Source: Tubulanus polymorphus
Lineage: Eukaryota > Animalia > Nemertea
Length of the DNA: 60,000 nt
Assembly (NCBI RefSeq): GCF_964204645.1
Contig: NW_027437476.1
Location: forward strand, 1 to 60,000
Direction: 5' to 3'
Part shown: one piece after another, positions 27,901 to 42,600 of the stretch
Numbering within the stretch: the stretch's first letter is position 1
Layout of the letters: each line of letters opens with the position of its first letter
Made by a program: the position numbers and the translations under genes
The notes under the pieces: generated by a model
Databases searched by the model: none
What the model was told of the DNA's origin: nothing
Seen by the model: the letters and a program-made list of their open reading frames with translations, nothing else

Positions 27901-28697
27901 TTATGACTGTGGTATTGAGTTTCTGTATCTGGATGATTGCTGATAGTCGGAAATTAAAAATACTTCAACAACTCATTAGAATATTGCTGGGCTTAATAAC
28001 TTGGGTTTGATAAGGGCTATTTATAGACCAACAGTTGAAGTATTTAAATGATAGGCTAATTTAGTTCAAAGCCTACCGTGCAACAATTTTTCCGGGGACA
28101 TGAGAAAACTGAACGCCAGTTTCATCGAGATTCCAAATATGCATCGGTTGAGCATTTAGCAATACTTTTGTGGCCGATCTAAAGAACATTCCAACCTTCT
28201 TAACATTCATGCACTGATGTCGGATTGCCGCAGTGCCCTCTGGCTTTCGGAGTGCAACAGTGGGGTTTCTAGTTTTAAAGCCAGCCCAGAACTGGTCACT
28301 CGGGATAATCTAAAAGTAAAATATATATACCAGTATTAATTATAAGGGATAAACAACAACCTTTTAGTGAAAATCGTTGGCCTACCTGTTTAAATGGTGT
28401 CCCCCTTTTTAAGGCGAGATCACCCGCATATTTCAATAGATTTCCCTTTGAAAAACCGTAACCGAGGTCTGCACGGTTTTTCGCGAAATCCGCAAGTTTT
28501 GATTCATCTGCCTCAGACAGATTCGTCGGTCGACCTAGTTTCCTTCCTGCAGGAATTTTCCCACTTATTCGGTCATGTAATGTTGATTTTGGTACGCCAA
28601 AGTTTTTTGCTGCCGATAATATTGACATCCCATTCTGAACAGCCTCAACAGCTTCACCCATTTGCACTTCTGTCCAACGCCGATACACTTTTGACAT
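24960..28697 (-). CDS. Multi-exon pogo transposase (HTH_psq, CENP-B-type HTH, DDE_1 domain, DD35D)
   Basis: [41 protein letters not shown]; WNLDETG; [24 protein letters not shown]; SESGWTKQ; [10 protein letters not shown]...[13 protein letters not shown] (35 residues between D2 and D3); [16 protein letters not shown]. The first five exons join in frame; small downstream exons were not fully verified. Confidence 0.92.
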
Positions 28698-31600
28698 ACT
28701 TAAAAATAAAAAACATTGTAAATATCATGTTGATTATAAAAATAATAATAAAATGAATTCATTTTCTTTTATAAATAAGCCTTAATTATTTTCCTTAGTA
28801 AATATCATCACATGTTATTAGTTACAACCTGATCTCAGAATGGCATTTTCATAATTTAGGCCTACTGATAACTGTGTTATGGAGACTAGGTTATAGGCCT
28901 AGGCTCTGGGGCTAAAATGATGAATCAATTTGCATTTGTTTTCAGTATGCACTCTTTTGTGACAGTTATCTCAGAAAAAGGCCTGTTTGATGATAGACTA
29001 CCGAGAAAACACACACAAATACCATCTATACATAAATTCGGAACTTCCGAAATTACGTGAACGAGCCAGAATAACCGGGTATACGATATCCGAAATTATG
29101 TGTAGGCGAGCGAGTTTCTAAAAATCGCTGATATTTCATCAATGACCGTATTCCAATAGCGAATGAATGTTTATAAACAAACTTTTTACTTCCTAGAACT
29201 TCTTAGTAGTGTTTACATAACAGCTGGCCGCGAAATGCCGTAAAAATGGGGCAATCAATAATGTACTTACATGACCGATTTTTATCTCCTGCTTCGCTGG
29301 TTTCGTGTGCCGGGAAGAAATGCGTACTACGTCATCAAAACGGCGCGGATTTCCGTGGAATTCCCAGGAAATACCAACCTACCTCCCCTTTTTCAAATTT
29401 AAGCTCGTCCGAATAGGTATTCCCTCTACGCGACTGCTGAGAGGCCGTAGAAGAAAACTTCCGAAATTACGTGGTCTTCCGAAATTACGTGGAGTTACCC
29501 TAAAAGTGCAGATTCGCACCTCTCGTGATTGACGCAATCTACTGAATTACAAATCACTGTTCTAACTTCAGAATGTCTCACAGAATCCAATGCAGTTATT
29601 TATTTTATGATATCTCTTCTAGAGAGCAGATTTTTGGCCCGGTTTTTTATCCCAGAATCGTGACGATCTTTCAGTAGGATGCCTTATTGGATTAGGAAAT
29701 CTAAAGTTAAGATTTGTCTTAAGTTATAACTGAAACGATGTGAGGGTAATCAGTAGGCCTACATAAAACTAATCAAATTTTTGTCAACTGTCACTGGGGT
29801 TATTAATGCTAACCAAATTTCAAGATATCATCGTTGAAATAGACAAGAAATTTATATTTTCTTCCTCAAAATGAATGGGTCATGAAACATTGTTTCAGCA
29901 ATATTCTAAACAAATCTTCACTTTAGATTGACCCATCCAATATGGCGTCCGGTTCAAAAATCGTGACGATCTCGAGACAAAATACAGGCTAAAAATGTAC
30001 TTTCTAGTGAAGATACCATAAAATAAACCAGTGTACTGAATTGCTGATGACATTTTGGGTCTGAATCAGTGATATTTAATGTAGCCTAATTGATTGAACC
30101 ATTTTAAGAGAGGTGCGGATCTGCACTTTTACCTCTTAGCCTATAGGACAGATTTTGATCTCAAAAATAAATAGGCCCTAAATTCATATTCATTTGCTAT
30201 TTATCCTACTATTTTTCATAGGCCTAGGCCTGTATAATAGCTAGATATAGACTAGTGCCGAGCAGCAACCTGTCTGCCCAGGTCTTGGACGGTGTTAGGC
30301 AGACCAATCGGAGGGTCTGCGGCCGGGAGACAACCCAATCGAGGAGCATGGGTCTCATAAACATTAGTCATCACTCTAGTCTCTAATCGTCTACAATAAT
30401 AATAAAACCATGTTTTGTCCTTACTTTTAACTTTTTCGATGTGGCTCTGTTTTTACCGTACTTTGTTTGTGGACTCGGAGGAGGCAGGTCGGACAACAAA
30501 ATGAATCGGCTAGCTAGGCCTAATAATGTTACGAGCCCTTGAAGTGACACTTTAGATATGTGAAACTGGTACCACTGGGGTAAAACACGTGTAGCCGTGT
30601 AACTCAGCAGGCTCTAGCAGAAATTCAATCGAAGGATCTTAAATAGGGCCTATTAAAGCGGATACTCCACACACCGCTTCTACGGTGGCCGTGACGTACA
30701 TAACGGTACAGTACGGTGATCCGTGAGTGCAAATCGTTGCACTTTTTTCTCTAAAGATCCCCTGCTAGATGCACCCCGATTTGATCGATTGCTTTCCAAA
30801 AGCGATTAGGGCCTGGTCTAAATGAGAAAAGCTGACGAAAAAGAATTCCAAAGCCAACTTGAAATTCATTGGATGTAGCTGCTCTTAATAAAAGGCCTAC
30901 AAGCTGCAGGCCTATGAAGGCGAATAAAGGAGGGTACGGCCTAAACACTATATCGAACAATTAAAAATAACTTATTTTCAATTTCAGGTGTCGGATAATA
31001 TTCACTTAGGGATTAACCTCGGGACGGCAGAGGAAATTTAAATATTCTTTTCTTAAATCCCGTTATTAAGCGCTTGATCATATCATATATCACATATTTT
31101 AAAGATTTTATTAACTTCCTATATTTATTGTCTAAGTTTGCGATTACGTACTGGTACTTTTTATCTTTTAATATTTATTGTCATAAATTTGTACCGTCGG
31201 AATTATATGGGCATTTTTAACATCCAACCAATCTATCACCTAGGGAAAACTCAATCAACCACTACGCGCGTAGCCTCCATTTAAAACGATTTGACGAGCG
31301 CCTCCCAAGAGAGGACTGGACTAGGTCTATAGGCTCTTGAAAAAGTTGGTTAAAGATAACCGGCGGATACAAGTCAACTATCCATTATGGTTACTCTAAC
31401 CATGGACGTATATACGTCCATGCTCTAACCAACTTTTGACTGAGCAACTCACCCGAGATGGTACAATAGGCCTAGGCTAGACTAAATAATGATTATATTT
31501 TCAACTCACATATCGTCAAACTTATTTCACTGCTACCACAATCCATCTCCTTAATGTTGTAGATCAACTTCAGTATAACCACACGCCTTAATCCCAAAAA

Positions 31601-32177
31601 TTTGACTGAAATGGTAAAATATTTCAAAATTGAACACAAGGCATGATACAGACAATCAATCATCCAAATCGAATACCCGGTATCTAGATCAAATTTATGA
31701 TAAAACAATGTTGTTGGCCTTCGTGTGAAAAATTAAATCGAGACTCTAAAAGAAAACCTTACTTACGCGGACGCGAAACGGCTCGTGGAATGAGCGGAAT
31801 GAGTGGAGTGGGAGTTCCAATGCAATCGCGTAGTGCGCAACCAATCATGTACCCGTATATTCATAGGCGCTATGCCTAAAACGTATCATGTGAGATAAAC
31901 GCCAGAAGCGGGCAGGCATTCTTTATCACTAGGGGCCTAGATACTGAGTTAATGGCTAGATCTTGTTTTATTCGATCATTAGGAGAAACCCGGCGGAATG
32001 ATCCTTAAGGCCTTTTTGAGGGCACGGATTATGGGAGGATAACAGGGAAAACGCAATTTTTTCATTATTCTATTAATTTTCAATAAAGTATTTTCCTGAC
32101 CGAATCTTGAAAACATCCAAAAATTAGCGAAAATTGTTTTTAAATCAATTCAAATGCTGGGGAAGAGAAGCAACATA

Positions 32178-33190
32178 TATGAAAGGCTGAATCCAAGAAC
32201 ATGTCTATCGCACTTTTGAGCCCAAACGTCTACTTTTACTTAATAGTCACTTGAGAACAATAAGCAATTAACTATATCGGCTACTTTTCCAGTAGTATAC
32301 ATTTCAAAACAGTCACTCTGAAATTGTATTCCTTTCAATTCGGTTGGTTTTCTAAAGTGGCTGTTTGGAATAGTCTACTATTGAAAAGTGACCATGAAAA
32401 CATCTGGTTGCGATAGTGCACACAAGCAGTAGAGGTGACTGTAAAACCACTCGCCTGTAAACAGTGACTTTGTGATAGTAACTCCTACTATAACGGCTGC
32501 TCCAAAACATATCGTTTCTAAAAGTCAGCTATTGAAAAGTGACCATTTTGAGATCGCTTGCCAGATTCCCTGTTATATATACACTGTAGCAACATATGCT
32601 TCAGATTTGCAGTGATACGTGACAATATAAACATACTGAGAAACTCTACTCACGCTGTATAGTTCTATTTAGAGTGACTCAGTTAAGATCTGAAGATATT
32701 GTAGATACTCTTTGAGGATGTGAAAAATAATAAAATAATACGCCAAAATGTACGGTGTTCGAACTTCGCTGAATCGATGAACCAATGATCATTTAAGATA
32801 ATTATCAGTTTTTTCCAACTAAACTCTTTTTCACAAATTGTCGTAAAATAATAACTACTAATATGTGGCACCATATTCGACGACAGAAGTGCATTCAGAG
32901 TAATAACGTTACCAATACTTGAATTCCGATGCGAATGCGGGCTAGAACCAACAAAGGTACCGATTTAAGGTGCAGATATACAGGGAATCCCTATCATAGC
33001 GACCAACACGGTTGTATATCGCTTCCGTGCCGAAAAGTGAATAATTTTCAACCTAAACGACTACAGGACCCGACGAAGTCGAATAAAATACTCTAATCCG
33101 TTAACTGTAGATAAATGAAGAAATTCCACGATAGAATTTTGTATCATAAAATTTACTAAGTTAACATGTTCTTGGATTCAGCCTTTCATA
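32178..33190. mobile_element. Tc1/mariner-type MITE (~1.0 kb)
   Basis: Perfect TIR TATGAAAGGCTGAATCCAAGAACATGT flanked by TA on both sides. Confidence 0.8.
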
Positions 33191-34618
33191 TACTCAGGTC
33201 GAAATTTAGAAAATAATTTCAAATCCAAAATCAGAATTTCAAATCCTACGTTGTAGATTGAGTTAAAGTGAGATCTTAATTAGTCTGAATGTAGGCTAAT
33301 AAGTGGAATGATTCATACCTTTAAAGAATAAATGATACGTGATATTGTGCAAATGTGATATGTGAATCCTTCATATACAGAGTCGATTTGCAAGCTTTAG
33401 ATAATATTTTCTAGAAAGGATTCATGCCACGAGCAATCATCTCAATGACATAAATGCTCGTAGATTCATGTGACAGGTTTGAGGCCTCTGGCAACGGATA
33501 ATGCCAGATTGCCAAGAAAACAAACTTTGAGTAGCCTATAATCAGGTCGCCATTAAGTATCTCAGCAAACATAGGCCTAATGCTTGTTGATTTTATAACA
33601 AATAATAGGTGAGAAGCTTCCTCAGACCAGAGCAACCAGGTTTAACTACCATAAATGATAAAGAGAAACATGAAAATAATCTTAGATATTATTCTAATAT
33701 AGGCCTTTATCTGAAGAGATCGTTTCGCAGATCAAATCTATGTGTATAACATGTCATGATTATTCATAAAATAAAAAAGACAAATTAAGAAAGTACATGT
33801 ATAATATTTCATAAACTTGATTGTTTTGCTATATAGGCCCCGTAACGAGCTGAAAATCGTGCTGTGCACGTTGCGTCCGCATTATTCGGTATATGGTCAA
33901 AATGTCCCCGGGAAAAATTGTCCCCAGAAAAAATGTCCCCAGTCTATCATTACTCACTTGGTAATGTAGTTAATTTCACATCATAATAACTCCAGAGAAC
34001 AAACTTGGTAAAATATTTGATAACAATTTAAACATTTTATGACAAATAATGGCTCTACTATGATTTAATTATATTTGCATTTTAGATTTAAAATGTTCCT
34101 AAATTTGACGTATTAATTGAAGAAACTGTGCATCTACTTTATAACTTTTCATAATTTTTTCTATTAATGATGTGTAATTTAGCAAATGGCGCATTCAATT
34201 CAACAGTAAAATCTTCTTAAATTTGACGTATCATGTAATGAGTTCACGTGTTCTCAATAGGCAAAATTGATTAATGCCAAAGGCCTATAATTCTCATAGT
34301 CACTCAATGAATTCTTTTTTTATGGTTAATGTGCAATTTACTCGGTGTTTTGATGTAGTTGTTTGATGTGAAACTTGCTAAATTTTTCATTGGATAAAAT
34401 TAACCCATCTTCAAGGCATTCAAAACCTCAGAAAGGCAAATATCAATAAAAACCATTCCGACTAAATGACTTTCGAATTCCCGCCTCGATCGATTTGCTG
34501 CTCGTCGAGAAATTCACGATTCACATGTACCACAAAATTCACGAAATCACGCTGATGTTATATCATATATTCACGTGCACCAGTGCCTCTCACTATTATC
34601 AATCGATATTGCATTAGG

Positions 34619-34850
34619 CAGGCGGATCCAGGGGGTATCGGGGGTTTCGGAACACCGTCGAGCTTTGTCCATGCTCCTGGACTATCCCTCAATCTATTAC
34701 AAGTTTAGTATAAAAGTTACTTTGTGTCATATTAGTGAAATATTAAACTTCATTCACATGGCAAAATGTCCCTTTCTTCTCAGTTTTGAGTTCGGCCTAT
34801 TGAGTGCTCTTAATTTGGAACACCCTCGAGAGAGGACCCTGGATCCGCCC
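34619..34850. mobile_element. Small MITE with GGCGGATCCAGGG TIRs
   Basis: ggcggatccaggg ... ccctggatccgcc; related single ends at ~37540, 44712 and 45599. Confidence 0.6.
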
Positions 34851-34859
34851 TTGATAAAT

Positions 34860-35599
34860 CGGTTGTAGGTAAAAATCCCCTGGGTAAAAATCCCCTAGGT
34901 AAAAATCCACAAATATTCAAAGTAGGTAGAAATCCCCACTTGTTGAATTTCAAGGACATTTCAAAGCAAGATGTTTCTCCAATTTTGTTCGTTTGCAATG
35001 AGACTGAAATATGTTTAAACTGTGCAATGAAATCTTTTGTTGCGATAAATTCTTAAGAACATTCTTAGAATAAAATAAATAATTGTTAGAATAAATAAGA
35101 ATAATGAACTTTTTATTTGTAATATCTTAAAATTCGAACTGGAATATTTTGAACTGTGAACTCTTGTTAACTTGTGGTATATTTCAGCTGTGCGATGCCA
35201 TGAATTATTAGAAATAATGTACTTTTAATTTGAACTATTTTAGATTTAAGCTAGTGTAATTTAATTTGAACTATTTTAGATTTAAGCTAGTGTATTTGAA
35301 ATGTGCGATGAACCTTTTCATTCAGTTATGCGATCACTTTAAGTACTAATTGAGTATCAATGAACTGTTAATTTGTAGTGTTTTAATTCAAATAGTTTAA
35401 ACTATAGTTTGTATGCTCATGATATCCTTATGGTGTTCCACAGAATAATATGAATAAATTGGATATATGTATCAATAATATGAATTGATTAACCTAAAGA
35501 TTGTATCTACTTAGACTGCATTCGAAAGGAGGGGGATTTTTACGTACCTACTTCGAAGAATTGGGTATTTTTACCTAGGGGCTTTTTACCGCTAAACCG
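34860..35599. mobile_element. MITE with CGGTT...AACCG ends and ggtaaaaatcccc subterminal repeats
   Basis: Inverted subterminal motifs at both ends; a diverged inverted partial copy lies at ~39831-40240. Confidence 0.6.
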
Positions 35600-38500
35600 A
35601 TATAAATCTTGTCACAAAATCGTTTCACTATTCATTATAGCTAAAATTGTTTCACTGGCCCCCAATGACCCCCACCTGTTTTAGCGTATAAAAATACGTT
35701 CCGGTATAACCTGGCGCGGGCCTGCTGTTGAATGTTAGCAATCTCTATTTCAAAATCGATGATTTCAAAGATCATGTTAGTTCGCTAGATCTACGAGCAC
35801 TGAAACGTTACTCGTGGGCTAGATCAACTTTCATCAATTCTTCCACAAATAAAATGAGTCGCAAAACGAAGACAATTTTCGACAAAACGGCACGATTTAC
35901 TAACATGGCACCCATTTCATAGATTAACCCAGGGCCGGGGTACTCGAGATATTTGTGGATTTTTTTAAAGTCACCTCGGGCCATCATATATGACCTAATA
36001 ATCTTAAGTCGCAATGAAACATTCTATAATATGATCATGAGACAGTAGGCATTAGGTTTAAAATAATGTCATTTTTATGCACGTAGCTTGGTAAAAGGCA
36101 CAGATTATCCAAGGTGAACATTGTGAAACACCACGGCAAATTTGAAATTTTTGAAAACTATTAAAGTTTTTCATAACATAAGAATATACATACATATAAG
36201 AATATATATACATAAGTATCTTATTGACTTTTGCTGTGAAATCAAATTTGGACGGTTTTTTATCCGGGAATTTTACCTGAGGACATTAACCGGGGGATTA
36301 CGTATTAGGCCTACCTGTTATCGATAAAAATATATATCTGAGTTGAAAAATGAGTGTGCGTTTTATTGTTTCATAATTTTTTTTGGAATATGCACATGTC
36401 CTTAATCTTCTAAAATGAATTTACTTTTTATTTCTATAGGCGTTGATGAATATAAAAAACTCATAAACTGAAAAGAAAGATCTTTTCGGTTTATGAGTTT
36501 GCAGAACTTTACTTGTTCTATGATTTAAAGTAAATGACACGGGCGTTTTTAGACCACAAAATTGTATTTCATTCATTCTTCAACAAAAGATCACATGAGG
36601 CCAAATATAAAACTGAAGACTGGCGGACTGTGCTTATACATGTATCGTTTATGGTAGATACTCGTTCCAGATGTTAGCATTTCCCGCCGATTGCCACAAG
36701 GGATAAGAATAGCATTGTAGCCAGCTGAAACCACACACGAAAATCTAAATAGCAGCAGAGCGGAGACCTTCCCGTAGGCCACATGGTGCACTGTAAACAA
36801 CGCTCAAGTTTGACCTATGCCGTATCTGAGACCGTGTACTCTAAAATGCTGAGAGCTCCCGCCGTAGAAACATATTTTATTCTAAAGCCTTTGCAAATTT
36901 TGTCAGTTTTACAACCTGTATAGTATATCCTGTGGTGTGAATATGTCAGCTGATGTTCATGTCAGCATCCAACATCAAAGTGATATTATGATCTTGTGAC
37001 TAAAAATACGTATTTCACTATCTTGATATTCTTATCATAATCGCAAGTTCCAGACGTATTAAAAGAGGAATAATTTCATTCAAATTTTGAAAAATCGAAC
37101 AAAAACTGGTTCTATTGAAAATATGGATTTTCTGTTTAGCGGAAATTATGAGCATTTATGAAATGTAACGCATTAACAAATCTCAGTGTTGTTCACGGCG
37201 TGAAGACCATACTACTATTCTATTTTGGGGGTAGATTTTCCATGGACCCAAACTCTGTGAAAATATGGTGAATAAAGTAGCTTTTTGTAAAACACATATT
37301 TTTCGACCAAACCTTTAAAAACATTCTAGCTGCGCAACCGCGAAATATTTTCTTCGGGCCTGGTTCGCTTAAAATTAAATACCTGGCTTGTTGTCGTGTG
37401 AGAACAATGGTCACGATTTTAGTTATTTACCCCCTAATGATATTGATCGTAAACGATTGGATTTTTAGAGCAACCGGTTAAAATGCCGTCTCAATATTTG
37501 GCCAATACGTTTTGATCTTCGGCATATGTCTATCCACACCAGGGACGGATCCAAACCGTGTCACGGGACGGCCAAAATTGTTTGTGCCCTTCGAAAATCT
37601 ATTTGATTATAAGGTTATTTGGCCCACACGGCCGTTAGAAGCTATGGACAACGCCTGGTTCAGGGGTCATAACATTTGATACGTGACATGTGACGTCTTT
37701 ATTATATATTGATATAGCCGGGCCTCCTGCATGTTCTATCTAGCGAGGACCCCATTATCAAATAGTTAGGCCCGCTAGGCTGTTAGAGGTTGGGCAACAC
37801 AACCCAGATCACAGAGGAAAAAACCATAAATATGGATTCCCGTTTTTTTGTATGCAGTGAAGTTTGTATTTCATGACCAGAATAAAAATTTTTTGCGTAA
37901 ACAATTATATGATTTATTGTATAGTTTTTAAAAATCCTTGTCGACTCGATTCAGCTTGCGACTTAATGAAATACTGAACTTGTAACATGTGCTCTCAAAG
38001 TACGATCTATAGCTATTGTGGGATAGACCTACGAGCAATTGTTAGATAATTGCTCGTAGGATAGACCTTCCGTTTTATATCACTACTCTACTATCATAGA
38101 CCGGTCTAAATTTCGTCGTGTGAACGCGCCTTATCATATTTGATTGTTCGAGGTTCCTGAAATCCCCGATCGGTTGTACTCGATTCTGAATAATGAAAGA
38201 GTAATAAAACAAAGAGCAGAGGCATACGGGATTTTCACGTGGAGTGGGGGTGTTTTTAGGCGGATTTCGCTGCTCGTCGTCCCAAGAAACCTTAAAAATT
38301 AGTCCTATTTTCATGCATTCTGATAATCACGATTCAAAATGCACCTTGTATGCCTACTTTGCAGTAAAGCGTTGAAAGACTGGGTATAGATAATAAAGAA
38401 AGATTTTCAAAAGTTAATCATTTGTTGATTTACGTTAAAACTCAAGTTAGTCTCTTTCGATTTTGGAACCTTCTTCTTCACATGTCATGTTATTGTTACA

Positions 38501-39623
38501 CCTTGGATCAGTAATCATATGGTTACACTGCACATGCACTATATCCGATACAGTTGATCAGCAAGCGTATTAACCGAATTGGTTTACTAGGGAAATGAGA
38601 CACTGTTCGAACATTTATCGTTTTAACGAATTGTTCGTATCATCGTGTTAGTTCACAGTATCAAACTACTTGTATTTTTACTAGTAATTTGTGTACCGAT
38701 ACATTCCACTATGTTATAAGAATTAACAAAATCGTATTTTATTCAATGACAATCATGTTCCTGACGATGACTGTCTTTGTATCCTACAAAGATATGTTTA
38801 ACCGTTCAAATTATTAACAGCTCCTGCGCGTATATATTCGTCTTGAAAGTACATATTTCTATGATGAATCTTATCTTCAATCTTATTTGTATGAAGAAAT
38901 GAAATGTTGTGTAAACCTCATTCATCAATTTGACTTGTTAGATATATGAACGAAATGATGAGATAAAACTGGAAATGATATGGAGAAAAATTTCAACAAT
39001 GTGCCTGGGTAAAAAGGCTTTGTAGCCGACGAATATGGCTATGCGGTGTAGAGCTCTAAAGTTAGTGGATTACATGTGGCTGTTTACTTAGGACGCCATA
39101 CAATTAGGTTTTTATGCGAAATATATTCATTTTCTTGATTCGCGGAAAGTTCGGTGATAAGTCCAGCCCTTGATAGAACGCGTACAAAACGATTTTAGCC
39201 CATTTTTAACACGGAACAAGCTTTTCTGTTCGACTTCCTGTGAATTTTGTCTAGTGGAGGTATATTAAATGTGTATTTAACCGATTTTTTTTTCGAGTAT
39301 CAATTCCTTTTCTGAAGACATAGCAGCGATCTTAGACACAGAATGAATAATGAAAAAATGATTCTCCAAAAAGTTCATCGAGCAGCAATCTCCCGCATAA
39401 TATCCACCAACCCCCTTGATTTTGACGATTTTACTCTACTGTAAATTCTATCATTTATCTTAACTGGGTCAAGGAAGTGTAAGTTTCCGGACTAGGTCAA
39501 CTACGTACGTACCATCTGTTTGGCCGGAGTCTGAATGCGCGCACTTTATTTCGAGTGGTCGAGAAGTCGCACGAAGCAAAATCGGGTAGCAGCTTTTCTT
39601 AAAAGTTCTAATAATCTATCGAG

Positions 39624-42600
39624 ATGTGTAGCAAAAGTGATTCAAATGGATGGACATTTTTGTATGCGGATGGCTTAACGAAAAAGGTCATGTTAAGAAT
39701 CGGAATGCAGGTTGTCGGTCAAGTGAAGAAGTTGCGTTGTGATAAGACCACGAATGACGGATTCATATCGGTAAGTGACTTTAGATTCATTGTCTTAAGA
39801 AATTCACCATGTAAATGAATATGAAAAATTCGGTTAGCGGTAAAAATTCCCAATTCTTCAAATAGGTAAAAATTCCCATTTTTTGACTTAGAGTGTTAGT
39901 AGATACAATCTTAAGGTCAATGTAGTCAAATTATTGATACAATTTAATTCATATTCACATTTACTGTACGGTATAACATGAATATCATGAGCATTCTAAT
40001 TATCGTGCAATTGAAATTAGAAAATACTACAAATTAACAGTTTATCAATACTAAATTAATACTAAAAGTTATCGCACAGCTCAAATATATCGCAAATTGA
40101 AAAAGTGTTCATCGGACTTTACATTACGCTAGGTTGAAATAAAAATAGTTCAAATTAGTAATTCATCGAAGAATTCAAAGTAAAATATACAACAAGTCAA
40201 AAGGATTTCACAGTTCAAAAATATTCGAGGTCAAATCTATAAATACTAGGATAGAACCTGTCCTGGACACGGATTTTATCATGATTGAGTTTGAGTTGAT
40301 TATTTTCTCATCTTGAAAATTGGTCCTGCTTATTGAAATCATAAATTTCGAAATCCACTAATTTAAATACTGGTTTTTCTCCACATAATCAATTATTATC
40401 CAGACGTATCAACTCTACTTGATTTTGGTAAATGTCACTATGTGTCACTCTGTTATCGCCACCCTCTTCAGTCCACTTCACTTAGTTACATAATTTGTTT
40501 TTACTCTGAACTGTTTAGAATTGCTGTGGTTTCCACGGTACCCCTTGGTGTTTTATTGCTTGGTCTGTTTATCTTTATAGTTTTGACACACTGCTTCTAT
40601 TTTAGATCCTGTGAGTTAATATGCTTTGTTACTTGTTTTTCTGGTCATTCCATCTGATGATGGCTGTTAATCAACAGCCGAAACGTTGTGGTTTCATAAT
40701 AATAAATTGAATCGTATAATTTTAAATGCGAAGTGTGGGATTTCTTCATTTTTTATACGTAACGTAATATATAGTGAGTCACTGCTGTATAGGAAAGTTT
40801 CAGTTACCAGGCGCCTTGCCATTTTGAGGCGGTCCCACAGGTCCCGCATTATTGCACATATTTTACAGGGTAACTGACACTTTTTTAAAGATTTTCTACT
40901 ATTCAATACTTTTCTACTATACAATAAGGCTAGGTGATTTCATAATTGGAAAAATCTTTTCAATCTAGTCAGAATTGATGATTTTGATGTTCGCGCACCT
41001 GTTCAGTGTATACATTGCTTCTGCTGAACGCGTGGTACTGTGTCTATTAATAGAACTACGTCACTAAAGTGACGGCTCGGAAATGATGTCTATAGAAATG
41101 AATAGGAAATAAGCTATAAAAGCAAGCAATTCAACAAAAAAAAAGCAATTCAACTTAATTTTATACCTATTTGGCATTCGAATTGAGCCAAAATGCCTCT
41201 TGATTTTGAAAGTCTACATATTAATGATTATAATTAGCTGTTGAACGGACCATATCCGTTCAAACTAAGCGCAAAAATAGGATTTGAATAGCAATCCATG
41301 GCATTTTCTAGTAGACAGCAAGGAACACGGATGTTTAAATCATCGTTTTGTATTATCATTTAGTGATAGTAAGTATGATCATGGTTAGATCTAAGAATAT
41401 TTTCACTTATGAACTGATGAAACTTAGACAGAATTAGCCGCAAGAACAATTTCAATTCCTTTCTTGAAATATACCTCGTATTGGTAGCGGCTTTGGTCAC
41501 AAAATTAGAATATTTCCTCATCCATCCTATTTTAAAACTTAGAAATAATGTTTGTGAAAGATTTGTGATGTATCTATCAAAACTCTTCTGCAGCGTGAAA
41601 CTTTAATCGAAAAACATTATTCCTTTGAATATTTGTTGTAAAGGCTGTAGAAATTTATTAAAATTTTTTGTAGTGTTAGTTTTAAAACTACTTAGTCTTA
41701 AATGACTATGAAAAATAGTAAATAGTAAACGAATATGAATCTATTTATTCTTTAGCGAGATCGAAATCTGTGATCGCTTATAAGACACTTAGTATAGTAT
41801 GCTTGTGGTGCTAAACTATAGGTGAACTATGGAGCAGCAGTAACAGTGCTGAGAGCTTAGCATAGTGTATTAGCTTCATAGCTGCGGATTGAAATCTGCA
41901 TCTTCAATTTGATCGATTTAGCCTATTCAAATTACTCATTGATTCTTTGAAATAGGTTTATCCAATAGACAATAGATCCTTTTGCCTCCCTGGCCAGTTT
42001 CAAAGCTGTAAAACAATCTGGCATTGAGATATAACACGCAAACACACGCAGTTTCCTCAAAATTCAACGCATGACGCTATTTCTCAGCTGTCCGGTTAAT
42101 GACGTTGCAGCGCGCCCCTGCTGATTTAGCCGACGCTGAACAGTTAGCAACGTAAACAACGAAATGAGCTCAAAAATCTTGTTACAAAATCACAAATTGC
42201 GCGTAAACTAAACATTTTGGAACAGAACGGTTGAAGATGAGTGTATAGATCAATAGAATACATCATATTTTGAAATAAAAAAAGTGTCAGTTACCCTTTA
42301 ACATTTTCTAAAGTAAAACCTTTAGCGCGATTAATTGTCGTCCATCCCTCTTTTGACACAAAATTTAAACTCATGAATCGTTAGAAAGGTGACAATTTCT
42401 ATTTTCCGATGGTGTTTATTTAATTTTTCTCGGCTGCAACAATCGAACACAGTTACAGTTAAGATATGTCACTTTTAGGGAGGCACCTAAAAAAATTGGT
42501 AGTTTTGTGTCGTTGGCTGAATGAAAATAGAAATGGTCACCATGCATTCTGACGATTCATAAATTGAAATTTTGTGCGTAAAGCCCGCCGCACACGGCAC

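Larger units (their letters stand above)
24016..29500 (-). mobile_element. Full-length pogo (DD35D) DNA transposon, 5485 bp
   Basis: Perfect 25 bp TIR GGGTAACTCCACGTAATTTCGGAAG, TA duplication, subterminal acgtaatttcggaa repeats and an internal transposase gene. Confidence 0.92.
24012..30133. mobile_element. Merlin-like MITE (~640 bp net) interrupted by the pogo element within its left TIR
   Basis: Reconstructed TIR GGTAAAAGTGCAGAT(T/C)CGCACCTCTC; 8 bp TSD tcttagct / tcttagcc. GG termini plus an 8 bp TSD suggest Merlin. Confidence 0.7.
23472..30222. mobile_element. Truncated Kolobok-like non-autonomous element split by nested insertions
   Basis: TTAA|AGGGTAACTGACAC at 23468. 23472-24010 is reverse-complement homologous to ~42297-41780, and homology resumes at ~30134-30222. 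Confidence 0.75.

Noticed and set aside
28080-28130. Apparent frameshift after WNLDETG in the pogo transposase
   Set aside because: Recounting the T run gives an in-frame [14 protein letters not shown].
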